A stretch of DNA of 64,000 nt from positions 20,448 through 84,447 of the forward strand of contig JBBRNT010000004.1 of assembly GCA_038230095.1 (NCBI GenBank), in the 5' to 3' direction. The translations under genes were made by a program, and so were the position numbers. Below are positions 16,954 through 27,517 of this stretch, in pieces. Origin of the DNA: Candidatus Saccharimonadia bacterium. Its GTDB lineage: Bacteria; Patescibacteriota; Saccharimonadia; UBA4664; JBBRNT01. Every line of letters begins with the position of its first letter. The stretch's first letter is position 1. A model generated the notes under the pieces. That model made no database searches. It was not told where the DNA came from and worked only from the letters and a program-made list of their open reading frames with translations.

Positions 16954-18741
16954 ATGTCAGACCAATCCCATATCCGCAATTTCTGCATTATTGCTCATAT
17001 AGATCACGGTAAGTCTACGCTGGCTGACCGCTTGCTGGAGCTGACCGGTACCGTCGACGCGCGCCATATGAAGGCTCAGCTTTTAGACAAGATGGACCTT
17101 GAACGCGAGAAGGGTATTACCATTAAGCTGGCTCCAGTGCGCATGAACTACCAGGGCTGCCAGCTCAATCTAATCGATACACCCGGCCACGTCGACTTTA
17201 GCTATGAGGTGTCCCGGAGCCTGGAGGCCTGCGAGGGCGCTCTACTTATTGTGGACGCCAGCCAGGGCATACAGGCGCAGACCCTGGCCAATGTCTACCT
17301 GGCCCTTGGCGCCGATCTGACCATTATCCCGGTTCTCAATAAGATAGACCTACCGGCGGCAGATGTGGACCGGGTGAGCAGTGAGATTGTCGCGCTCCTA
17401 GGCTGCGATCCAGCAGATATACTCCACATTAGCGCCAAGACGGGCCAGGGCGTAGCAGAGGTACTCACCGCCGTCATAGACCGTGTCCCGGCCCCCAAGG
17501 TCTCAGATAGCGACACTACCCGCGCCCTCATATTTGATAGCTACTACGACGACTATCGCGGCGTCATCCTCTATGTGCGCGCCGTGGACGGCACCATTAA
17601 GAAGAACGATAGCCTGGTCATGATGAGCACAACCAGCCGGAGCATAGCGCTGGAGGTAGGTTGTCTCTCGCCCGAGCTATCACCGCTGCCGGTCATTAAT
17701 ACTGGCGAGATTGGCTACATTGTTACCAATCTCAAGTCCACTCGCGAGGCCAAGGTGGGGGATACCGTTACGCTAGAAAAGCACCCGGCCACCCAGGCGC
17801 TGCCGGGCTACAAGGACGTTAAGCCGTTTGTCTACGCTGGCTTCTTCCCAACGAGCAACGAGGACTACAATAGCCTCAAAGACGCCATTGATAAGCTTAG
17901 TCTCAGCGACTCTGCCCTGGTCTATGAGCCCGAGAACTCGCCGGTTCTGGGCTTCGGCTTCCGTATTGGCTTCCTCGGCCTACTCCACATGGACATTGTG
18001 AAAGAACGTCTGGAGCGAGAGTACGATCTGGATCTGATCGTTACTAACCCTAGTACGGACTATCAGGTGCAGCTAGTTGACGGCAGTGAGTTAAGCATAA
18101 AGAGCGCGAGTGACCTACCCGACGTTACCCGTATTACGGAGATCCGCGAGCCGTGGATTAAGGGCGAGGTAGTCTGCCCCAAGGAGTACGTGGGGGCCGT
18201 CATCCAGCTCATTGTCGGCAAGCGTGGCATACAGACCAATCTGGGCTTTGTCGACGCCCAGCTAGCCCTCGTCAGCTTTGAGGCGCCCTTGGCCAATCTC
18301 CTCACCGATTTCTATGACAAGCTGAAGAGCATTACGTCCGGCTATGGCTCGTTTAACTACGAGCTGCATAACTACCGTACGCAGGACCTAGTCCGCCTGG
18401 ACTTCTATGTTGCGGGCGACAGGGTCGATGCCCTCAGCCTCATGGTGCACCGCACTGAAGCCCCCTATGTGGGTCGCGATACCGTAAAGAAGCTCAAGGA
18501 AGTCATCCCACGCCAGCAGTTCTCCGTCTCTCTCCAAGCGGCTATTGGTGGCAAGTTCATTGCCCGCGAGGACGTCAGCGCCTTCCGTAAGGACGTTATT
18601 GCTGGCCTCTACGGCGGCGACGTGTCGCGTAAGAATAAGCTGCGTGACAAACAGAAAAAGGGCAAGGCTCGTATGAAGCGCTTTGGCAAAGTCGATATCC
18701 CGGCCGAGGCCTTCACTACCCTCGTACGCCGCGACGACTGA
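16954..18741 (+). CDS. lepA: elongation factor 4 (LepA)
   Basis: IRNFCIIAHIDHGKSTLADR, DTPGHVDF, and the LepA-specific C-terminal domain. Confidence 0.97.
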   Translation: MSDQSHIRNFCIIAHIDHGKSTLADRLLELTGTVDARHMKAQLLDKMDLEREKGITIKLAPVRMNYQGCQLNLIDTPGHVDFSYEVSRSLEACEGALLIVDASQGIQAQTLANVYLALGADLTIIPVLNKIDLPAADVDRVSSEIVALLGCDPADILHISAKTGQGVAEVLTAVIDRVPAPKVSDSDTTRALIFDSYYDDYRGVILYVRAVDGTIKKNDSLVMMSTTSRSIALEVGCLSPELSPLPVINTGEIGYIVTNLKSTREAKVGDTVTLEKHPATQALPGYKDVKPFVYAGFFPTSNEDYNSLKDAIDKLSLSDSALVYEPENSPVLGFGFRIGFLGLLHMDIVKERLEREYDLDLIVTNPSTDYQVQLVDGSELSIKSASDLPDVTRITEIREPWIKGEVVCPKEYVGAVIQLIVGKRGIQTNLGFVDAQLALVSFEAPLANLLTDFYDKLKSITSGYGSFNYELHNYRTQDLVRLDFYVAGDRVDALSLMVHRTEAPYVGRDTVKKLKEVIPRQQFSVSLQAAIGGKFIAREDVSAFRKDVIAGLYGGDVSRKNKLRDKQKKGKARMKRFGKVDIPAEAFTTLVRRDD

Positions 18742-18896
18742 GCATAACGATATTGACGGTAAGTCCCTAGCGTGAGCTCTAGATAATGTCCACCACCAGT
18801 GGTGAGGCCAAGAAAATTAGTGATTACCACAAGCCCAATAGCAACTTTAATGGCTAAGGGGTGGGTACGGCGGCCAATAAGCATTAGAATAATGCT

Positions 18897-19835
18897 ATGA
18901 CTCTTATAAAACACAAACTATCTCCTCTGGCCCTGGCGCCGGCTGCGCTGCTTATGGTCGTACAGCTACTCTTGCCTCTAGCCGCCCACGGCGAGGACAC
19001 GCCCATCCGGGGCCACCTGCCCGTGCAGTTTGGCGAGTTCCTACCTGCCATTACTGATCCAATGGCAGGGGAGTCGGTCATTACCGACAGCGAGGCCAAG
19101 TGGCAGAGGCCTATAGACATGGTCATGTACTACCAGGCCTGGGGCGATCACCAGAGCGACTGGCGCACCCCACGAGTAGACATACTACAGAAGATTGCCC
19201 CTCGGACTGCCCTTATTACCTGGGAGCCGTGGGACCCCAGCGCTGGCCCTTGGCAGACGCAGTATGCGCCGTCGGCCATTGCCCGCGGAAACTATGACGA
19301 CTACATTACCACCTGGGCCAAGGCGCTGGCAGACTTCGGCCAGCCGGTTTATCTGCGCCCGATGCACGAAATGAATGGTGGCTGGTACCCGTGGGGTGGC
19401 GCCTTGTGGGGCAATCCTGCACTAGACTATGTCGCTGCCTGGCACCATATGCACGACATATTCATGGCCGCTGGTGCCACCAATGTCCGCTGGGTCTGGG
19501 CCGCCAATGCCCAAGACGTGCCCGAGTCAAACCACTTTGAGCAGTACTACCCTGGCAGCGCCTACGTGGACGTACTGGGTCTGGATGGCTACAACTGGGG
19601 GAACACGCAGTGGTGGAGCCATTGGCAGTCATTTGACGACATTTTCCATAAGCCCTACGACCGCATTACTCAGCTGGGGGACCAGCCTATCTGGGTGGCA
19701 GAGACGGCCAGTACCAGCCGGTCTGGCGACCGCCCGGCCTGGATCCGCGACATGTGGACCACCGCCCAGACCCTCGATAGACTCACTACTATCATCTGGT
19801 TTTCCGGCGACAAAGAGACCGACTGGTCCATCTAG
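18897..19835 (+). CDS. secreted glycoside hydrolase, GH26-like (mannanase-type fold)
   Basis: Signal peptide, then LRPMHEMNGGWYPWGG resembling the GH26 R-x-x-HEMNG-W-(F/Y)-W-G block. Other (beta/alpha)8 hydrolase features follow. Confidence 0.45.
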   Translation: MTLIKHKLSPLALAPAALLMVVQLLLPLAAHGEDTPIRGHLPVQFGEFLPAITDPMAGESVITDSEAKWQRPIDMVMYYQAWGDHQSDWRTPRVDILQKIAPRTALITWEPWDPSAGPWQTQYAPSAIARGNYDDYITTWAKALADFGQPVYLRPMHEMNGGWYPWGGALWGNPALDYVAAWHHMHDIFMAAGATNVRWVWAANAQDVPESNHFEQYYPGSAYVDVLGLDGYNWGNTQWWSHWQSFDDIFHKPYDRITQLGDQPIWVAETASTSRSGDRPAWIRDMWTTAQTLDRLTTIIWFSGDKETDWSI

Positions 19836-20002
19836 TATTTTCATTTGTCAGGCATAGAATACGGCCATTGTTGAATAGCAAGTACAGCAAGCTCTGCGTC
19901 AATCGGTCGACAGAACCTTTGCAGGTCACCTACCGACACATTTGGGCGACGTTGCTCTTGGTGTTACCTCGGCTCCATCATCGCTCAGGGCAAATAATGT
20001 CC

Positions 20003-20032
20003 TAAAAAAAGCCCTCGTCAGATAGACGAGGG
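20003..20032 (-). terminator. rho-independent terminator (minus strand)
   Basis: GCCCTCGTC-AGATA-GACGAGGGC preceded on the plus strand by A7, i.e. T7 after the hairpin on the minus strand. Confidence 0.6.
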
Positions 20033-20118
20033 CAGGGAAGGCGTTGGCGCTAGGTTTGGGGTACAAGCTTGCTATATAGGCGCCTGTTGCCAGCCATGAG
20101 GCGTACATATTGGTTTGG

Positions 20119-20430
20119 CTATGGCTTCTTTCGCCGGATAAGGAGCTTGGCGCCCAAGACGGCCACTACCAGCGTACTAGCCGCTATGAGTACGACGCGG
20201 CCACTTTTCAACGTCACCCGGGCGTGGCGATCGTCTTCGGCTGCCCAGACGGAATCTATTTCATCTACCGCCACCAGCTCATCGCCGAGTTCAATGTGGG
20301 CGGCGTACAAAGAGTCGTGGCCGTAGTCAAAGCGCTGGTTCAGCCGAGCTAGAAGCTTGCGGACGTGGAGTATGCGGGCATGGATTGGTCGCAGATTGCG
20401 CGGGCTGCCGTCGGCGTTGCGCAGTACCAT
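20119..20430 (-). CDS. hypothetical protein with C-terminal TM anchor
   Basis: 103 aa, RBS AAAGGA 7 nt upstream, own terminator downstream. No recognisable domain. Confidence 0.4.
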   Translation of the reverse strand: MVLRNADGSPRNLRPIHARILHVRKLLARLNQRFDYGHDSLYAAHIELGDELVAVDEIDSVWAAEDDRHARVTLKSGRVVLIAASTLVVAVLGAKLLIRRKKP

Positions 20431-20491
20431 AGCTAGTCCTTTCGAAGGTGCGTTCGTGGAGGAAATGCCTGGCTAGTATAGCAAAACGCCT

Positions 20492-20524
20492 CCAAATGAA
20501 AACCACCCCGCGGGATCGGGGTGG
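20492..20524 (-). terminator. rho-independent terminator for bcp (minus strand)
   Basis: CCACCCCG-CGGGAT-CGGGGTGG with TTTTCATTTGG on the minus strand. Confidence 0.55.
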
Positions 20525-20632
20525 GTTTCGTACGGGGTGGCCCGCTCAACAAAGGTCAGTAGCGGTTAACCGGGAGACGGACAAACGAATCGATTAGTAT
20601 GGCACATATTTACAACTGGCGGTTAGGCACAT

Positions 20633-21088
20633 TTATGCTGCACTGAGCGCCTCGAAGTCGCGGAGGATCTGTATGGCATGCTCCTTGGGCGTTACTTTCG
20701 GGTACTCCTTGGCAATCTGGCCAGCGGGATCTATCAGGAAGGTCTTACGCATTATCCCTTGGTACTCCCGTCCCATGAACTTCTTCAGGCCAAATGCTCC
20801 GTAGGCTGTGGTCACCTTCTTGTCCTCATCGGCCAGTAGCGGGAAGTTCAGCTGGTACTTGTCGGCAAACTTCTTGTGGCTAGCCACGGAGTCGCCAGAA
20901 ACGCCTAGTATATATAGACCTTTTTCCTTTAGATAACTGTACTCGTCACGGAAGCTACAGGCCTCGGTCGTACAGCCTGGGGTGTCATCCTTGGGGTAGA
21001 AGTACAGCACTACCCACTTACCGGCGTAGTCTGCCAGGCAGTGGATGGTGCTGTCTTGGTCTTGGAGTGAGAAGCTGGGGGCTTTCAT
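20633..21088 (-). CDS. bcp: thiol peroxidase / peroxiredoxin Bcp (AhpC/TSA family)
   Basis: YFYPKDDTPGCTTEACSFRD peroxidatic Cys motif. 151 aa. Confidence 0.88.
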   Translation of the reverse strand: MKAPSFSLQDQDSTIHCLADYAGKWVVLYFYPKDDTPGCTTEACSFRDEYSYLKEKGLYILGVSGDSVASHKKFADKYQLNFPLLADEDKKVTTAYGAFGLKKFMGREYQGIMRKTFLIDPAGQIAKEYPKVTPKEHAIQILRDFEALSAA

Positions 21089-21136
21089 GGGCGTACCTCA
21101 TTACACTCGCTCTATCTTACCAGAAAAGCGCTATCC

Positions 21137-22375
21137 CTAGCGGTCAAATAGCGCCGTCTGGGCGTCCATACCGAAGCTAGCCAGGTTCTGTTTCAGGTAG
21201 TCTATCTTTTTCTGCAGCACCGAATCGCCCGCAGCCCACTGCAGTACCAGAGTCTTTTTCTCAGCCATCAGGTATGAGAAGGTCTCGGCGCGGTCCTCAA
21301 AGTCGTCGCGCCTGGCGTAGCCGGTCACAAACCCTGCCTTTGGGTGCTCGTCGTAGTCAGACCCGCGGCTGTCAGAGTAGGTGGATTTGGTGTAGGCTTT
21401 GGCGCCGGCTGGGTTCAGGGCAATCCAGGGGTCAGATAGCTGGGCAAGCATGGCGGGGCCAATAGTATTGGCTTCCAGCTTCTTGCCATCGTCGGCAAAT
21501 GCCGCCTGGTAAATGCTATCAAATAGTTGCTGGAAGTCGTGAGCGTGCCAGGCTTCATGGTTAACGTCGCGGTGAGCGTACAGTACCGTGGCATCAGATG
21601 CTGAATTGCCAAGCGTATCAATGCTGTAGAGAATGTCGCGCTTAGCCTCCCCGCCAATCTTCTGGCTGTCCACGCCAGCGTCTATCCGCGTATTTACACC
21701 AAACAGCAGGCTACCAAAGAAGCCTATAGATATTTGTAGCGGGTAGCGGGTGTATTCGGCCACAAAGACATGAAGAGCGGCCTTGGTCTGAGCCAGCTGG
21801 ACGGCTGTCGGAAAGCTGTATTGCCCCACGTACTTATAGCCAGGGTTGGCAGTCTTTAGCCCTGCTGCTGTCAGGATTACAGTTGGCGCGCGGTTGCCCA
21901 GTGGGCCGTCATCGGTGGGTTCTTTCGACATGAGCATATTTAGACTTGTCTCAAGCTGGGCGGGACTGTTCGCCGTATCTATAGCTGTGTTCAGGGCCAC
22001 AATTTCCGCCGGGCTGTAGTAGGTAGGCTTTTGCTGGTGAACCGCCGTGGTCCCAGTTCCGCCTACGCTACCAGGCTTGGTCGTAAGGTACTTACTGGCG
22101 ACCATAGTAGCTACCACGGCTGCCAGGACAATAGACATGGTCAGTGCCAGTGTGGCCGGGGATTTTCTAGTCTCGGGCGGTGGGGGAGCCAGCGGTGCCG
22201 CGGGGAAAGGCTCCATCTGCGGAGGGATACCGGGAGGTGCCGGCGGGGATGGTTCGACTATGGGTGCCATTTGTGGAGTATTTTCCATCTTGCTCAAAGC
22301 ATAGTCTAGACCGCCTTCAACCACAAGCATGATCAGCTCCTCCCGACAGATAGAAACTGCCCGGTTCAACCACAC
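21137..22375 (-). CDS. membrane-anchored Pro-rich protein with HExxH (HEAWH) zincin-like motif
   Basis: Pro-rich N-terminus, one TM (LALTMSIVLAAVVATMVA), large exodomain containing VNHEAWHAHDF. Putative metallopeptidase. Confidence 0.45.
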   Translation of the reverse strand: MWLNRAVSICREELIMLVVEGGLDYALSKMENTPQMAPIVEPSPPAPPGIPPQMEPFPAAPLAPPPPETRKSPATLALTMSIVLAAVVATMVASKYLTTKPGSVGGTGTTAVHQQKPTYYSPAEIVALNTAIDTANSPAQLETSLNMLMSKEPTDDGPLGNRAPTVILTAAGLKTANPGYKYVGQYSFPTAVQLAQTKAALHVFVAEYTRYPLQISIGFFGSLLFGVNTRIDAGVDSQKIGGEAKRDILYSIDTLGNSASDATVLYAHRDVNHEAWHAHDFQQLFDSIYQAAFADDGKKLEANTIGPAMLAQLSDPWIALNPAGAKAYTKSTYSDSRGSDYDEHPKAGFVTGYARRDDFEDRAETFSYLMAEKKTLVLQWAAGDSVLQKKIDYLKQNLASFGMDAQTALFDR

Positions 22376-22401
22376 AATGTGCAGCGAACCGGGCAGGGCA
22401 G

Positions 22402-22839
22402 TTACTTACCAATGTAGAGCCAGGCCGGAGTAATGCGGACGGTGTGCACACCGTATCGTGGGTTCTCGTAGTCCGAGACGTAACGAATGCAGAACCCCCA
22501 GGCATTGTTGCGCTCTTGCGGCCCAGCCCAGCGTTCTCGCGCAGCTTGGTCCAGACCGTTCAGCCACCGCTCGGCCAAGGTGGGCGCAATGTCGTATCCG
22601 CTCACCGCCAGGAAGCTGGAGACAATGGGCGCATCCGGGTGGCGGCGGTTCTCGGGGCCCTCGAAGGTAATTACAAAGCCCAGCTCATTGTCACACACCC
22701 AGCCCCAGGGCTTGTCATATGGGACGCTGGTATAGGCCGCCAGTAGCCCTGCTCTGAGTGCGGGCAGCCCCCTACCCACCATGTAGAAGAATGGGCTTCC
22801 CAGGTAGCGGGTAATTGTCTCAGCGGCCATCGCTACCAC
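22402..22839 (-). CDS. hypothetical protein (possibly 3-prime part of a frameshifted gene with 22820..23224)
   Basis: 145-aa ORF whose start overlaps the end of the upstream ORF in a +1 frame. An A6 run lies at 22885-22890. Confidence 0.35.
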   Translation of the reverse strand: MVAMAAETITRYLGSPFFYMVGRGLPALRAGLLAAYTSVPYDKPWGWVCDNELGFVITFEGPENRRHPDAPIVSSFLAVSGYDIAPTLAERWLNGLDQAARERWAGPQERNNAWGFCIRYVSDYENPRYGVHTVRITPAWLYIGK

Positions 22840-23224
22840 TCGTGGCAGACCACCCGTGGCGTCCCAGCGACCATAATGGGTGCTTTTTTCTGAGAGCAGA
22901 CGAGCTCATGAAGCCCAGCTTTTTCAGCGCCTCCGCGCTCTGCGGGCCATCCAGCAAATCCAGCTCAATGATGGCAGGCGTCAGCGTGCTGAGGAGCACC
23001 GATCTGACTTGGCCGATCAGGGGCTCGTTGATGCCGCTTCCCAGTCCGTCCAGCTGCAGCAGATCGCGCGGTACTGGCTCGCGCTTAGCTAGCAGGTCAT
23101 GGCACGCAAAATGCATGTGGCCAGTCTTGTCCATGAGCTGCAGAATAACAGTGATGTGTACAGGCATAGGTACTCTCCTAGGTCGAGATGGGGTTAAGTA
23201 TGCCAGAACCCGGCAGCTTTGCAA
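22820..23224 (-). CDS. hypothetical protein (probable start MPVHITV at about 23167)
   Basis: ORF with no recognisable domain. Upstream GGCGTTTTGCTTATGAT promoter-like element shared with the 20119..20430 gene. Confidence 0.35.
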   Translation of the reverse strand: MQSCRVLAYLTPSRPRRVPMPVHITVILQLMDKTGHMHFACHDLLAKREPVPRDLLQLDGLGSGINEPLIGQVRSVLLSTLTPAIIELDLLDGPQSAEALKKLGFMSSSALRKKHPLWSLGRHGWSATSGSDGR

Positions 23225-23270
23225 TCATAAGCAAAACGCCTGACTCAACACTGGGTCGAGTCGGGCAGGG

Positions 23271-23747
23271 TTATGATTCAGCCAGGTATGACTGGCCGGT
23301 GCTCGTTATCCGCCAACTCCGGTTGGTCGTGGGGGTTGCTAGGTCTAGGCAGTCAAGCCGCCCTAGCGCTGCGCGCAGGTTGTCCGGCGTGTCCTCCGTC
23401 GCTAGCTCCACTACCGGCACTACTTCTTGAGACACTAGCCGCAGGAGAATACGACGCTCAAGCTCGGTCAGGGTCGGACCCCTTCGCACAGTTTTGCGCA
23501 CACCTGGTGGGCTCTTGGGCCCCCTTGGGTAGTACGGCTGACGCGGCTGGTCACCTCTTTCGGCGTTCATTGCCTCTATCTCGTCACGGAAGACCATACG
23601 CTTACCATTAACCGTCTCGGCGCGAAGCCGCCCCTGCTTTACCCAGCCGGATATGCACGCTCGCGAGACCCGCAAGTAGTCTGCGGCACTGCTCTGCCGC
23701 ATTAGTTCACCAGCGAGGGCCAGTGTTTCCGCTTCCGTTGTAGGCAT
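23271..23747 (-). CDS. excisionase/MerR-type HTH DNA-binding protein
   Basis: Start ATG at 23747 with RBS AGGAGG. N-terminal ADYLRVSRACISGWVKQGRLRA matches the excisionase-family helix-turn-helix. Confidence 0.5.
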   Translation of the reverse strand: MPTTEAETLALAGELMRQSSAADYLRVSRACISGWVKQGRLRAETVNGKRMVFRDEIEAMNAERGDQPRQPYYPRGPKSPPGVRKTVRRGPTLTELERRILLRLVSQEVVPVVELATEDTPDNLRAALGRLDCLDLATPTTNRSWRITSTGQSYLAES

Positions 23748-23864
23748 ACAACCTCCTAGGTCGGTCCCCTCTATCATAGTGTGACGCCGTCGCGAAGCAA
23801 GCATAACTACATTGTGTGCTGGCACTCTTGACACGTGAGTGCTAGCTCTACTACAATGGTGTTA

Positions 23865-23891
23865 TTGGCACTCACAGCCAAACAGTGCTAA
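23865..23891 (+). promoter_or_regulatory. CIRCE operator (HrcA binding site) TTGGCACTC-N9-CAGTGCTAA
   Basis: Matches CIRCE consensus TTAGCACTC-N9-GAGTGCTAA with 2 mismatches, 80 nt upstream of hrcA. An additional half-site GAGTGCTAG lies at 23838-23846. Confidence 0.65.
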
Positions 23892-23971
23892 TATTATCCC
23901 AGATACTCCTAATACTTCGAGGTAGAACACGCGGAAATGAACTACCAATCGCTGCACTATAAGGACACCTT

Positions 23972-24667
23972 ATGACTACCCGCCAGACCGAAATCCTAGC
24001 CGCCATTGTGGAGACCTACGCTCAGACGGCCGAGCCTGTCGGTTCCGGTGCTCTGACTGAGCTATTTGACTGCTCTAGCGCCACCATCCGCGCGGAAATG
24101 GTCGCTCTGGAGCAAGAGCAGTACATTATGCAGCCGCACATTTCCGCCGGCCGCGTCCCCACCGACAAGGGCTACCGCGCCTACGTCAACGCTATTACCC
24201 CAGAAGAGAGCGCCCCACGCCACTCCCAGGTGCTCGAGCGCCGCCTCCAGACCCTAGAGGCCGACTCAGACCGTGCGATCAAGCTAGCCACAGCCACCCT
24301 GGCCGACATGACTGGCAATATGGGCATAGCTACCTTGAGCGACAATGTCTACTTCTACGGCTATGGCAATCTGTTCCGCCAGCCAGAGTTCTACGCCACT
24401 GCCATGAGCTTCGAAGTAGCCCGCTTCCTAGACTCCGTAGAGAGCTGGCTATTCGAGGCCAGTCCCACCGAGCCGGTCAGCGTCTATATTGGTCGGGAAA
24501 ATCCTGTCGGTGGCACCAGCGGCTTGTCCATGATCATCGCCCGGTTCAAGTCCCCCGTATCCGACGGCAGCTACATTGGCCTCGTCGGCTCCACCCGCCA
24601 GAACTATGAACGAACAATAAACTTAGTCGCCCGAGCTGGCCAAGTATTAGAGGAGAGTTTCTCATGA
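23972..24667 (+). CDS. hrcA: heat-inducible transcription repressor HrcA (short form)
   Basis: N-terminal winged helix (TRQTEILAAIVETYAQTAEPVGSGAL) plus the HrcA core. 231 aa, shorter than the roughly 340-aa classical proteins. Confidence 0.82.
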   Translation: MTTRQTEILAAIVETYAQTAEPVGSGALTELFDCSSATIRAEMVALEQEQYIMQPHISAGRVPTDKGYRAYVNAITPEESAPRHSQVLERRLQTLEADSDRAIKLATATLADMTGNMGIATLSDNVYFYGYGNLFRQPEFYATAMSFEVARFLDSVESWLFEASPTEPVSVYIGRENPVGGTSGLSMIIARFKSPVSDGSYIGLVGSTRQNYERTINLVARAGQVLEESFS

Positions 24668-25188
24668 CAGATGAACACAAGAAGTCGCCAAAGAAAGCTA
24701 CCCGCCAGGAGTCTCACGCAGAGATCCACGTAGAGCAACACGTCGAAATGACGTCAAGTAGTGACGGCCTGGAGGAGCTAGAGCAGGACTTGAAGCGTGT
24801 CCAAGCCGAGTTCCAGAACTACAAGCGCCGCGTCGAGAGCGAGCGCGCCGAGTACCTGGCTCTGGGCCGCAGCGAGGCCGTCATGCTGCTCCTGCCCTTG
24901 CTCGACAATATTCACCGCGCCCTGGCCTACCTGCCAGATGATCTAAGCGGCCACGCCTGGGCCGGCGGCGTGCAGCAGGTAGGTAAGCAGGCGGACGACG
25001 TCCTGGCCAAGATGGGTGTAGAGAAGATCCCTACCGTCGGCCAGCCGTTTGACCCCAATCTGCACGAGGCCGTCGTCATGGAAGAGGGCGAGGGGGACCA
25101 CGAAGTGGTGGTTGAGGAGCTCCAGCCCGGCTACCGTCTGGGGGAGCGCGTCCTGCGTCACGCCATGGTCAAGGTAGGGCGAAGGTGA
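24664..25188 (+). CDS. grpE: nucleotide exchange factor GrpE
   Basis: Coiled-coil N-terminus, [13 protein letters not shown]-terminal beta domain. Overlaps the hrcA stop (ATGA). Confidence 0.85.
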   Translation: MTDEHKKSPKKATRQESHAEIHVEQHVEMTSSSDGLEELEQDLKRVQAEFQNYKRRVESERAEYLALGRSEAVMLLLPLLDNIHRALAYLPDDLSGHAWAGGVQQVGKQADDVLAKMGVEKIPTVGQPFDPNLHEAVVMEEGEGDHEVVVEELQPGYRLGERVLRHAMVKVGRR

Positions 25189-25240
25189 TCGAAAGCAATT
25201 ATCAGATTACAAATCACACAAGTATTTAAGGAGAACAATA

Positions 25241-27187
25241 ATGGGTAAAATAATCGGAATCGACCTAGGTACAACTAATAGCGCTATGGCGGTCATGGAG
25301 GGCGGCACGCCCACTATCATTGCCAATGCCGAGGGCGGTCGCACCACGCCATCTATTGTCGCCGCCAACAAGAACGGTGAGCGTCTTATTGGCCAGGTAG
25401 CCAAGCGCCAGGCCGTTATTAATAGTGAGAACACCGTCTACTCGGTAAAGCGTCTTATTGGCCGCCACTTTAGCGACGTCGAAGTGCAGCGTGATCTCAA
25501 GCTTATGCCCTACAAGATTGTTAAGGCCGGCGACGGCGTCAAAGTGACCATCGGTGGTAAAGACTACACCCCAGAAGAGGTCAGTTCACAGATCCTCGCC
25601 AAGCTGAAGGCCGACGCCGAGGCTTTCCTGGGTGGTCCTGTTACCGAGGCGGTCATTACCGTCCCAGCTTACTTCAATGACGCCCAGCGCCAGGCTACCA
25701 AGGACGCAGGTAAGATTGCTGGCCTAGAGGTAAAACGCATTATTAATGAGCCCACCGCCGCCGCTCTCGCCTATGGCCTAGACAAGAAGAAGGAAGAGAA
25801 GATTGTGGTCTACGACCTAGGTGGCGGTACCTTCGACGTCTCAGTCCTGGAGCTAGGCGACGGCGTCTTCGAAGTGAAGAGCACTAATGGCGACACGCAC
25901 CTAGGTGGTGATGACTTCGATCTAGTCATTATGAACTACCTTGTGGATGAGTTTAAGAAGGACCAAGGCATTGATCTGAAGGAAGACAAGGCTGCCATCC
26001 AGCGCCTCAAGGAAGCCGCCGAGAAGGCCAAGATTGAGCTGTCCACTACCAACGAGAGCGAGGTCAATCTACCCTTTATCACCGCCGACGCCTCTGGCCC
26101 CAAGCACTTCACCCTTACCCTTACCCGTGCCAAGCTAGAGCAGCTAGTGGGCGACCTTATTGCGAAAACTGCCGCCCCGTGCAAAGCTGCACTCAAGGAT
26201 GCTGGCCTAGAGGCGAAGGACATTAATGAGATCATCCTTGTGGGTGGTATGACGCGCATGCCAGCCGTCCAGAAGATGGTCGAAGAGCTATTTGGCAAGA
26301 AGCCTATGGCCGGCGTAAACCCCGACGAAGTAGTAGCCATTGGTGCCGCCGTCCAGGGTGGTGTGCTGGCTGGTGACGTCAAGGACGTCCTACTGCTAGA
26401 CGTAACCCCGCTATCGCTGTCTATTGAAACCATGGGTGGCGTAGCTACCAAAATGATCGAGCGCAACACCACCATCCCTACAAGCAAGAGCCAGGTCTAC
26501 TCCACGGCTGCCGATGGCCAGACGTCGGTTGAGATTAATGTGCTGCAAGGCGAGCGCGAGTTTGCCGCGGACAACAAGTCCCTCGGTAGCTTCCTGCTAG
26601 ACGGCATTGCTCCAGCTCCCCGTGGCGTGCCGCAGGTAGAAGTTACCTTCAATATTGATGCCAATGGTATCGTCAATGTGACCGCCAAGGACAAGGGGAC
26701 TGGCAAGGAACAGCACATTACCATCCAGAACTCTGGCAATCTGAGCGAGGACGAGGTGAAGCGCATGCAGGCCGAAGCCGAGGCCAACGCTGATACGGAC
26801 AAGAAGCGGAAGGACCTCATAGAGGCCCGCAACCACCTAGACGGTCTCGTTTACACCGCTGAGAAGACTATCAAAGACGCCGGTGACAAGGCCAGCGATG
26901 AGGACAAGAAAACCGCCCAGGATGCTATTGATGAAGCCAAGAAGGCACTAGCAGCTGAAGACTCTACAGCTGAAGACTTCGAAAAAGTCGCTATGGACCT
27001 GAGCGAGAAAATCCAGAAGGTCGGCGCCGCCATGTACGCGGATGCTCCTGGCACCGATGGCGCACCAGAGGAAGTTGAAGCCAGCGAAAAAGACGGCAAG
27101 ACTGAGCCCACCGAGGGCGAGGTGGTCGAAGGCGCCAAGGCCGAGGCCGATAAGGCCGCCGAAGACAAGCCAGAAGGCGATAAGTAG
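25241..27187 (+). CDS. dnaK: molecular chaperone DnaK (Hsp70)
   Basis: [17 protein letters not shown], and full Hsp70 architecture. RBS AAGGAG. Confidence 0.98.
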   Translation: MGKIIGIDLGTTNSAMAVMEGGTPTIIANAEGGRTTPSIVAANKNGERLIGQVAKRQAVINSENTVYSVKRLIGRHFSDVEVQRDLKLMPYKIVKAGDGVKVTIGGKDYTPEEVSSQILAKLKADAEAFLGGPVTEAVITVPAYFNDAQRQATKDAGKIAGLEVKRIINEPTAAALAYGLDKKKEEKIVVYDLGGGTFDVSVLELGDGVFEVKSTNGDTHLGGDDFDLVIMNYLVDEFKKDQGIDLKEDKAAIQRLKEAAEKAKIELSTTNESEVNLPFITADASGPKHFTLTLTRAKLEQLVGDLIAKTAAPCKAALKDAGLEAKDINEIILVGGMTRMPAVQKMVEELFGKKPMAGVNPDEVVAIGAAVQGGVLAGDVKDVLLLDVTPLSLSIETMGGVATKMIERNTTIPTSKSQVYSTAADGQTSVEINVLQGEREFAADNKSLGSFLLDGIAPAPRGVPQVEVTFNIDANGIVNVTAKDKGTGKEQHITIQNSGNLSEDEVKRMQAEAEANADTDKKRKDLIEARNHLDGLVYTAEKTIKDAGDKASDEDKKTAQDAIDEAKKALAAEDSTAEDFEKVAMDLSEKIQKVGAAMYADAPGTDGAPEEVEASEKDGKTEPTEGEVVEGAKAEADKAAEDKPEGDK

Positions 27188-27517
27188 TTGTTTGCCAGCT
27201 ACCAGTTGCGGGCGCGTACCACCAAGGTATTTGTCGGTGTACTCCTTGTGCTAGCGCTGCTCCACAATGCCTACCCGCACTGGTCCTGGCTAACGTTTGT
27301 CCTCGACTACATCTGGGTGCTTATCCTAGCCGTCGCTGTCTATGGCCTAGTTCGGCTTATCATTACCGGCCGCCGCGCCTACCGCGCCCTGACCAGTATG
27401 GATAAGAGCGCCCGCCAGCGGTTTGACCAAGCCAACCACCTTAGCCACAAGACTCCTAGGGCCAGCGAGGCCGTGGTCGAGGGTGAGGTTGTTATGGAAT
27501 CTAAGGCCGCCAAATAG
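27188..27517 (+). CDS. small membrane protein (2 TM), TTG start
   Basis: 109-aa ORF between dnaK and the nudix gene, abutting both. Confidence 0.35.
   Translation: MFASYQLRARTTKVFVGVLLVLALLHNAYPHWSWLTFVLDYIWVLILAVAVYGLVRLIITGRRAYRALTSMDKSARQRFDQANHLSHKTPRASEAVVEGEVVMESKAAK

Noticed and set aside
20119-20430. OmpR/PhoB-type winged-helix call for the 103-aa protein based on IHARILHVRKLLARL
   Set aside because: The RLRKKL-like string occurs before, not after, the VW...D segment. That is the reverse of the OmpR C-terminal domain order. There is no receiver domain, and a C-terminal TM is present instead.
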